Positions 8,767-15,219 of a stretch of DNA of 64,000 nucleotides are shown in pieces. The stretch's first letter is position 1; each line of letters starts with the position of its first letter. Location: the sequence record ON529852.1; one strand, given 5' to 3'. A program made the position numbers and the translations under genes. Below the pieces are notes generated by a model, which saw only the letters and a list, made by a program, of their open reading frames with translations, had not been told where the DNA came from and made no database searches.

Positions 8767-8853
8767 TGGAGGGACGGGTGAGAATCGAACTCACGCCAGG
8801 CTTTCGCCAGGAGGATTTGCAGTCCCCCGCCTTACCACTCGGTCCACCGTCCC
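8767..8853 (-). tRNA. tRNA-Cys(GCA) with long variable arm
   Basis: GGGACGG/CCGTCCC acceptor, CTGCAAA anticodon loop, variable hairpin GGC-GAAA-GCC, GTGAGTTCGATTCTCAC T-arm, U73, CCA. Confidence 0.85.
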
Positions 8854-8862
8854 CTGGTGTCG

Positions 8863-8999
8863 GTCTGGAAAGGGGAACCCGCCCGTGCCCGCCGCAGGTC
8901 CCGTGGTCGGTCCCGGCGGCGTCAGGGTTTCACGGCCCCAGGTCGACCCTCTCCCGTGATAGAGGGCGATACGCTGCGGACGGGCTCGCCTTTCCAGAC
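8863..8999. ncRNA. candidate ~137-nt long-hairpin RNA (6S-like architecture?)
   Basis: 11-bp terminal helix GTCTGGAAAGG/CCTTTCCAGAC, further stems and a central bubble with side hairpin CCCTCT/AGAGGG. Confidence 0.5.
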
Positions 9000-9058
9000 G
9001 AAAAGGACCGCCCTGTTGCACTCCCCGGAGGGATCGTGTGACGGCCCGTGACCCTCGC

Positions 9059-9087
9059 CTTATAGCGGAATCGGCCGGGGCCGGCAA
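9059..9087 (-). promoter_or_regulatory. sigma70-type promoter heading the tRNA/ncRNA cluster
   Basis: TTGCCG, 17 nt, TATAAG on the minus strand. Confidence 0.55.
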
Positions 9088-9232
9088 GGTCGAAAACGCG
9101 CGGATGTCAAAAATCTCGACACTTCGTCAGGATTCTGCCGCTAAAATGTCGATTGAACTTTATGTTAAGACGTGCTAAGGTCTTCATGTAGTCGTCAGCA
9201 ACAGACTGCGTCCTGCCAACGGAGACATACAG

Positions 9233-9970
9233 ATGCTGCACAGTGTTCACGGCACGGTTCCGAAGCTTAAACGATGGTGCGGGCCTTCCGCCATCTCCAT
9301 CATTACCGGCCAGCCCTATCACCACGCTCTGGCGTTGCTTAAGGACGTCAAGGCCGCCAGACGCACCTACCGTGTCACGAAGGCGCCGATCGTCAAAGGC
9401 GCGTCATCGCCTAGCGTGCGTACCGTTCTGAAGAGCCTGGGTTATCTGACGACGCAGCGGGTGACGCCGGCAGGGATCACCGTCGCGGCCTGGCTGGCGG
9501 CGCGGCGCCCCGCCGACCAGTTCACCACCTTCCTGATCGTGGCGGCCAACCACTGGATAGTGGTGCGCGGCGAAGAGGCGTGCTGCGGCATTCTCGGGAC
9601 GCCGACGCCGATCGGTCAGATGAAGTTTCGACGCGGCGTCGTCACGGAATGCTGGGTCGTCACGCCGTCCGCGCAGGGCGTGGCCCCGATCGTGACCGAG
9701 GCGCGCAAGCCGCCCGCGCGGGCGTCGTCCTCCTGGGACCGCAGCGAGGCCCGCGACCGCCGCGCCTTCGTCAAGCTGGCGCGCCAGCACGCCTTCACCT
9801 ACGACATCGTCCGGGATTGCGACACGATCCGCTACATGGAGATCGCGCCCTGCGCCATCTTCCCCAAGGGGCTGGACACCCTGCACCATGACTGGGCGGA
9901 AACCCTGGACCGGGTCCGGCATTGCCTCGATCACCCCGAGGACGCCGCCTCGGGCAGCTACGGCCGCTGA
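9233..9970 (+). CDS. hypothetical protein, N-terminal C39/papain-like Cys-His motif
   Basis: WCGPSAISIITG and NHWIVV segments; followed by a terminator. Confidence 0.6.
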   Translation: MLHSVHGTVPKLKRWCGPSAISIITGQPYHHALALLKDVKAARRTYRVTKAPIVKGASSPSVRTVLKSLGYLTTQRVTPAGITVAAWLAARRPADQFTTFLIVAANHWIVVRGEEACCGILGTPTPIGQMKFRRGVVTECWVVTPSAQGVAPIVTEARKPPARASSSWDRSEARDRRAFVKLARQHAFTYDIVRDCDTIRYMEIAPCAIFPKGLDTLHHDWAETLDRVRHCLDHPEDAASGSYGR

Positions 9971-9977
9971 ACGCAAG

Positions 9978-10010
9978 AGCCCCGACCGAGCGATCGGTCG
10001 GGGCTTTTTC
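9978..10010 (+). terminator. rho-independent terminator (possibly bidirectional)
   Basis: GCCCCGACCGA-GCGA-TCGGTCGGGGC followed by TTTTT. Confidence 0.8.
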
Positions 10011-10035
10011 TCGCGCCATCGTTTGTATCTCGGCC

Positions 10036-10952
10036 GGCGCAGCGTCAGAAGGGTGTGTCGCTAGACCTCCGTCGCGGCGCCAGGGCACTGGGGCTCCCTA
10101 GCACAATCCTCACCTGAACGTGGCTTTCCTCCCCAAGGGGCTGAAGGTGGCGGTGTCCAGGCGACCCTGCGGGGCTCACACGACAAGGCCTCTTCTCAAT
10201 GCCAGGCATAGAAGTAGGCAGAGAGCATAGGTTCTTCCTACCCTCGTCATTGTCGTGGTCCGATTTCCGTCTATCACAGCCTCTGGCTGCCGTCACGCCT
10301 GGTTCCCATTTCTAGGACGGCGTTCCCCTCAGAAGACGGGTCCTGGTGGACCGCGTGCGGCTCTTCAGCGCCTGACGGAACTCGACGACGTGGTAGCCGG
10401 CCGTCTGAACAAGCGTCCCCAAGCGCTCCCAGGGACATGCCGTAGGAGTGTGGCAGGGTCCGCCCCACGCTGTGTCAGGATATACGACAATGAAGAGGAG
10501 GGGTCAATACCGCCTCTGGCGGCCGTCACGCCTAATCGTTCGTCTCGGGCGGCGTTCCCGTCAGGCCTGATTGTCCCCGGCCGAGGTTTGTTCGGGGGAG
10601 CGGTGCGGTCAATCACCCCGACTCACGTTCTCTCGTAACCCGACAGTACGGGCTTAAGCGCGCACGAGCGCTGCAAGGCAGTCACGCGGTGGTCGACTTG
10701 GTGAGGTCATCAAGCCCAGTCGCGCAATCCCACCCTGTATGACGGGATTCACGGCTATCGTCAAGGGGAAACGGGCGCTCTCTCCCGGTCACGCCTCGTC
10801 CTGATGTCTCAGCCGGCGTTCGCTTCAGACAGTGCGGCAGTCTCGGGGCCGTCCCACTCTCCCGCTGTCGTCGGGCCTGTTCCCAGAGGAAGGTCTACCC
10901 CAGGGCAGTCTGCTCCAGAGGCCAGGTCAGGGCGAACCCTGTGTGCTGCGCC
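10036..10952 (-). ncRNA. candidate ~917-nt large structured ncRNA (GOLLD/ROOL-class size and context)
   Basis: Interval between two terminators with no convincing gene; 8-bp end-to-end helix GGCGCAGC/GCTGCGCC; second long-range helix 10889-10897 with 10062-10070; three copies of an internal motif. Confidence 0.65.
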
Positions 10953-11003
10953 TAAGGACCTTCAGCAAGATTGAAGCCTACCAGAACAAACCGAAGCGGG
11001 CAA

Positions 11004-11036
11004 AGAAAAACGGCCCCGATCCGAAGATCGGGGCCG
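11004..11036 (-). terminator. rho-independent terminator of the TROVE gene
   Basis: CGGCCCCGATC-TTCG-GATCGGGGCCG followed by TTTTTCTTT on the minus strand. Confidence 0.8.
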
Positions 11037-11094
11037 CATCGTTCTTTACGCGGCAGCGTAATTCCGCGAACGGATTACGAATACCCGTATTGGA

Positions 11095-12483
11095 TCAGCC
11101 GCCGACGAGGCCGTCGTCGAACTCCATCGCCTCGACCTCACGGATATAGCGCAGGACGCTCTCCGAGAAGCCGTCGATGTGGACCCATCCGTTGCCGTAG
11201 CCGATGCCGTTTTCATAGCTGGCGACGTTGATCATGTAGGCCTTGCCGGCCTTGGGCGCCGGCAGTCGCCCGCCACCCATCCCGCTGCTCAGCGTTCCCG
11301 ACGCCTGTTCGTCGGTGATGACGATCAGGCGGTCGCAGGCGAACTGACGGTTCACCACGTCCACGGCCTGGGCCAGGGCGGTGCCGTTGTGCGGCTGCGA
11401 ACGGATCACCGCATCGACCCCCGCCATGCCCTTGCGGGCCGGGACCTCGACCAGACCGTTGGAGAAGGTCACGACGCGCACGTCGCCCGGCAGGATCGCC
11501 GCCAGCGTCGCCGCCGCATCCATCCGGGTCAGGTCCGACTTTCCGGACAGTTTTTGCCGCATGGAGTAGGAGACGTCGACCATGACCACGGTCGAACCCT
11601 TCAAGGGTTCGGCCTGATCAATCGTCGCCACGAGGGCGTCGTCCAGCGCCCGCTCGAACGAGGGCGCATAACGCGCCGCCGCCGTGAAGCGGAAGGGCAG
11701 GACGCGGTCCGCGCCCTTGCGCGCGCGGATCGCAGCATTGACCAGATCGCGGTCGACGCCGGCCTGCTCCATGTTGCGCAGGTTGCGCAGCAGGGCGAGG
11801 TAGCCCAGTTTGCCGTCGGCCAGCAGACGCGTGAACGTCGCCTTCTTGTCGGCGCCGCCCGACAGGGCGACTTCCCAGGTGTCGGGCGCCGTCAGTTCAT
11901 TGTCGACCAGCTTCTTGTAGAGGACCTCGCGGTCGTCGTTCGCCGGCTTGGCGTGCGCCAGAAACAGAACGTCGCGCAGGCGCACGGACTTGGCCCGGTC
12001 GTACTTGGCGATCTGATAGGCGTCGAAGTTGCCGAAGGCCAGCGACAGCCCCTTCTTCACCTGAGCGGACAGCGGCGCCTTCTTGCCGTCGGCGCGCACC
12101 GGGTTGAGCGCCCAGTAGAGAGCCAGGAACTCGCTCAGTTCATCGGCGCGCTGGATGACGCGGGCGATGGTCAGCGACACCAGGGCCGAGCCGGACCCGC
12201 GTTGGGCCAGAACGACGAGCAGCAGAAGGGGGACGTGACGCAGCTTGGCGTCCTCACGCGCTTCAATCGCGATCTGGGCGAGGGTCTCGACCGGAACTTC
12301 CTTGGCGAGGCTCTGGATACGGTCGGCGATCGACACGCCGCTCTCGTAGAAATTGTCTTCCCACAGCAGGCAGGACATGACCGACCGGCGCAGGGCCTGG
12401 GTCTTGGTCATCCGATCGGCCGGTGCGCCTTCATGGGTGCGCGCGGTGGTCGTCTTGGGCTTTGCGTTGATCGACGCCATAAT
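11095..12483 (-). CDS. rsr: Ro60/TROVE-domain RNA-binding protein with C-terminal vWA domain
   Basis: Start probably ATG 12483 (MASINAKP, GGAGG SD). THEGAPA, LRRSVMSCLLWEDNFYE, KYDR, TWE, YLALLRNLRN, RVLPFRF; vWA MIDAS DVSYSM...T...VITDEQ. Confidence 0.92.
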   Translation of the reverse strand: MMASINAKPKTTTARTHEGAPADRMTKTQALRRSVMSCLLWEDNFYESGVSIADRIQSLAKEVPVETLAQIAIEAREDAKLRHVPLLLLVVLAQRGSGSALVSLTIARVIQRADELSEFLALYWALNPVRADGKKAPLSAQVKKGLSLAFGNFDAYQIAKYDRAKSVRLRDVLFLAHAKPANDDREVLYKKLVDNELTAPDTWEVALSGGADKKATFTRLLADGKLGYLALLRNLRNMEQAGVDRDLVNAAIRARKGADRVLPFRFTAAARYAPSFERALDDALVATIDQAEPLKGSTVVMVDVSYSMRQKLSGKSDLTRMDAAATLAAILPGDVRVVTFSNGLVEVPARKGMAGVDAVIRSQPHNGTALAQAVDVVNRQFACDRLIVITDEQASGTLSSGMGGGRLPAPKAGKAYMINVASYENGIGYGNGWVHIDGFSESVLRYIREVEAMEFDDGLVGG

Positions 12484-12508
12484 GGGTCCCCTCCTCGTCT
12501 GGTCAAGC

Positions 12509-12675
12509 GACCAAGAGGTCGGGGAGGAACAAGCACGAGCCCGGTTCATCCGGTGCGTCTACCACTTCCGCCACCTGCACCAGAGATGCAGGCCAGGACT
12601 TGAACCTGGATACCCTTGACGGGCGCCGGCTCCAGCGAAGTATAGGCTCGTTACGCCATCCCCGACCTCTTGGTC
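12509..12675 (-). ncRNA. Y RNA, YrlA-like unit 1
   Basis: 17-bp terminal helix; TGGCGT/GTTCC internal motif; permuted tRNA domain: CCAGGTTCAAGTCCTGG T-arm, loop-closed TGCA acceptor-like stem, GTGGCGGAAGTGGTAGACGCAC D-arm. Confidence 0.8.
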
Positions 12676-12682
12676 AGTGAAC

Positions 12683-12825
12683 TCCGGCGCTCTGGTAGGA
12701 AGGCGGGGGAACATGCGCGACCGGATGCGGGATCGAACCGCGAGACCGGGGGTTTGAATCCCGGCTTATCAACCAGCGATGTAACCGACCGCTCTCACCA
12801 CCCGCCCACCAACCAGGGCGCCGGA
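12683..12825 (-). ncRNA. Y RNA-like unit 2 (non-permuted tRNA-like insert)
   Basis: 14-bp terminal helix; TGGTGA/GTTCC motif; inner hairpin with AUUCAAA loop followed by GCGGTTCGATCCCGC T-arm. Confidence 0.7.
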
Positions 12826-12833
12826 AAAGCAGA

Positions 12834-12987
12834 AACATGAAGGCGGCGGGGGAATAAGCGACCCCACTCTTTTTAGGCGTGCTACCGTTACACCAAACGC
12901 CGCTAGGCGACGTTGCGGAATCGAACCGCTCATCCCGCTCCACATGCGATGAAAGTGACGTCTATCGCCACCCACCGCCTTCATGTT
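12834..12987 (-). ncRNA. Y RNA, YrlA-like unit 3
   Basis: AACATGAAGGCGG terminal helix; TGGCGA/ATTCC motif; GCGGTTCGATTCCGC T-arm, AACGTCGC-CTAG-CGGCGTT closed acceptor-like stem, GGTGTAACGGTAGCAC D-arm. Confidence 0.8.
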
Positions 12988-12995
12988 GTTGGCTC

Positions 12996-13170
12996 AGAAG
13001 CGTGTGGTGGATCGACAGGGGAACCGGCGGAAAGGCGCCGTTTGGACTATCGTTCTACCAACTGAACTACCGCCGCGCCCGAAGGTGCGCCGAGTGGGAT
13101 TCGAACCCACGACCTACAGTTTGCGAAGAAGGCCTCTCCCTCACCACCTGTCGATCCGCCACACGCTTCT
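12996..13170 (-). ncRNA. Y RNA, YrlA-like unit 4
   Basis: ~23-bp terminal helix; TGGTGA/GTTCC motif; GTGGGTTCGAATCCCAC T-arm, TTCG-capped acceptor-like stem, GTAGTTCAGTTGGTAGAAC D-arm. Confidence 0.8.
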
Positions 13171-13240
13171 CAACCCTGTCCTAGACAGACCCGAGGACCC
13201 AACCCCGGACGAGGAACCGAAGTTCCCCGGCGGGATCAGG

Positions 13241-13328
13241 ATCGTCCGGGAATAGGCGGAACCGAGAGCGGGGCCAAGGCCCCCACGTACCAAAAACGAA
13301 GAACTCGGTCCCTGTCGCCACGGACAAT
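13241..13328 (-). ncRNA. short Y RNA-like unit 5 (no tRNA domain)
   Basis: ATTGTCCG/CGGACGAT helix; TGGCGA/ATTCC motif; ACCGAG/CTCGGT stem; pyrimidine-rich loop TTCTTCGTTTTT; GGGGCC/GGCCCC hairpin. Confidence 0.6.
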
Positions 13329-13354
13329 GACTGTGTGCCCGATCCCGGTTCAGG

Positions 13355-13372
13355 TGTCAACAACAACGGCAG
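13355..13372 (-). promoter_or_regulatory. CTGCCGT-N5-TTGACA element upstream of the Y-RNA/Ro60 operon
   Basis: Exact match to the recurrent motif; the -10 box is weak (CACACA/CACAGT). Confidence 0.5.
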
Positions 13373-13392
13373 AAAAAGTTGAGATTACCGGC

Positions 13393-13427
13393 AAAAAGAA
13401 AACCCCCGGCCGAAGCCAGGGGTTTCC
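13393..13427 (-). terminator. rho-independent terminator after the repressor-like gene
   Basis: AAACCCCTGGC-TTCG-GCCGGGGGTTTT-CTTTTT on the minus strand. Confidence 0.75.
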
Positions 13428-13458
13428 ACGACATCTGACGTCGGCGGGGGTTCCAGGG

Positions 13459-14238
13459 TCAGACGCCGATCTTGCCCACCACCTTGCCCAGCAGGGTGAG
13501 GCTCTTGGCCGGAACGTCGCGGTGGCTGCGACGGTCCTGATCGAAAATGCGGTAGGGGCCGTTGGCGCTGGGGCGGGTCAGGTGGTCGACGCGGACCTCG
13601 CCGTCCAGGGCGTAGACAAAGGTGGCGCCGGTGGGGGTGGGGGTCGCCTCGCGTTGGACGAAGGCCATTTCACCCGGTTGCAGGTTCTCGGCGAAATCGT
13701 CGATTCGGATCAGGGCGAGAGATTCAGTCGGCACGTCGAACTGGGTTTGCAGCCAATCGGCGAACATGGGCCAGGCGCGGGCGGCGGTGAATCCCTTGCG
13801 GACGCCGAAGTATTCCACCTCTTGCAGGGTGACGAGGTCGTCGATCCCGTCGGCCAGCCACTGCGGCGCGGTTTGCAGCGCCTCGGCCAGGATGTCCTCT
13901 TTCTGGGTGCCGAACGCCAGCCATTCTGGCGAACATTGCAGCGCCTCGGCCAGGGTCACGATCTTGTCGATGTCCGGCAAGACGTCGCCGGTCTCATACA
14001 TGCAGTAGGCCGAGCGGGACAGCACCTTCCACTCGCCCTGGCGTTTATTGAAGAACCTGATCTTGGCCGCCACTTCGGCCTGGGACATGTCCAGTTCCAT
14101 GCGGCGCGACGTCATGCGCTCCTGCATGGTGGTGGGATTATCGATCATCCCTTTGAGCGAACCCTTGCGATGCATGGGTCCCTTCTCCTTGACAACGGCA
14201 GACTTGGTCGTGCGGGTCGCTTCCAGCGTGCTCGGCAT
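13459..14238 (-). CDS. XRE-family HTH regulator with S24-like C-terminal domain (CI/LexA-like)
   Basis: RRMELDMSQAEVA...SRSAYCMYETG...IVTLAEALQCSPEWLAFG; C-terminal beta domain ending LLGKVVG. Confidence 0.8.
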   Translation of the reverse strand: MPSTLEATRTTKSAVVKEKGPMHRKGSLKGMIDNPTTMQERMTSRRMELDMSQAEVAAKIRFFNKRQGEWKVLSRSAYCMYETGDVLPDIDKIVTLAEALQCSPEWLAFGTQKEDILAEALQTAPQWLADGIDDLVTLQEVEYFGVRKGFTAARAWPMFADWLQTQFDVPTESLALIRIDDFAENLQPGEMAFVQREATPTPTGATFVYALDGEVRVDHLTRPSANGPYRIFDQDRRSHRDVPAKSLTLLGKVVGKIGV

Positions 14239-14371
14239 TTCGTATAGTCCTCTTCTCAGGCGACCGGTCTCCCGGCCTGCGGCGCCATGTCAACAGCGGT
14301 AACCGCGACTGACAGGAATGGTTGCAGAGGCTTGTAACGATTGTCTGGCAACGAATCAACGCCAGACAACG

Positions 14372-14418
14372 AAAAAACCCCGGCGACACGCAAAATCAGC
14401 GCGGCCACCGGGGCTTCA
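14372..14418 (-). terminator. rho-independent terminator of the nrd-dut operon
   Basis: GCCCCGGTGG...CGCCGGGGTTTTTT on the minus strand. Confidence 0.6.
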
Positions 14419-14574
14419 ACCATCAGTATGAGGCGATCTTGTGACGAACTTGCGGACGTTAAATGCCCGCCCGAACACGGATATTGGTGTTTTTCCTGAC
14501 GGAAGCCGCCAAACATCCTCACAGGTTTGGGGTGCGACAACCTGCCGCACCCTAATCCACGCAACTTTACGCGA

Positions 14575-15219
14575 TCAGGCTTGACCGGTGGAACCGAATC
14601 CGCCTTCGCCCCGCGCCGTGGGGCTCAAGGCCGCCACCTCCACCCAGCGCGCCTGGACGACCGGCGCCACCACGGCCTGGGCGATTCGATCGCCGCGTGC
14701 GATGTGGAACGTCTCCTCGCCGGCATTGAACAGGATGACCTTGATCTCGCCGCGATAGTCGGCGTCGATCGTGCCTGGCGCATTCAGGACGAAGACGCCG
14801 TGTTTGGCCGCCAGGCCCGATCGCGACCGGACCTGGAGTTCATACCCGGCGGGGACGGCGACATTGAACCCCGTGGGCACCATGGCCCGCGCGCCCGGCT
14901 TGAGATAGATGCTGGAGCGCTCCTGGATCGCCGCGCGCAGGTCCATGCCGGCGGCCTGGGCCGTCTCATAGGCCGGCATGGGCAGATCGACGCCATAGGG
15001 CAGGGCGACGAACTCGATCGGCACGGCCTTGTCGAGCCCATGCAGGTAGAGCGCGGCGTCGTGCCAGGTCATCCGCGTGCCCGAGGGCAGGACGACGACG
15101 TCCTGCTCGCCGTAGCCGACGTGGATGTTGTCGAAGCCGGCGGCGACGAACTGCCGACGCAGGGCCTCGGCCGCCTCATGGCGACCGGACCGCACGTACT
15201 GGATCAGGACTTCGCTCAC
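14575..15219 (-). CDS. dut: trimeric dUTPase with N-terminal extension
   Basis: AAGMDL, RSRSGLA, GTIDADYRGE, RIAQ and RGEGGFGSTG motifs. Confidence 0.95.
   Translation of the reverse strand: MSEVLIQYVRSGRHEAAEALRRQFVAAGFDNIHVGYGEQDVVVLPSGTRMTWHDAALYLHGLDKAVPIEFVALPYGVDLPMPAYETAQAAGMDLRAAIQERSSIYLKPGARAMVPTGFNVAVPAGYELQVRSRSGLAAKHGVFVLNAPGTIDADYRGEIKVILFNAGEETFHIARGDRIAQAVVAPVVQARWVEVAALSPTARGEGGFGSTGQA

Noticed and set aside
10255-10638. ORFs of 60-127 aa across the 10.0-10.95 kb region
   Set aside because: No SD, atypical codon usage, mutually overlapping in several frames; RNA-structure signals explain the region better
11095-12549. TROVE ORF start at 12549 as given in the ORF track
   Set aside because: That extension overlaps Y-RNA unit 1; a GGAGG SD precedes ATG 12483, which is the likelier start
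12509-13170. Apparent tRNA genes (TTCGA T-loops and D-loops) upstream of TROVE
   Set aside because: In three units the T-arm precedes the D-arm and the acceptor is loop-closed; none has a CCA end. Interpreted as Y-RNA-like mimics, not tRNAs
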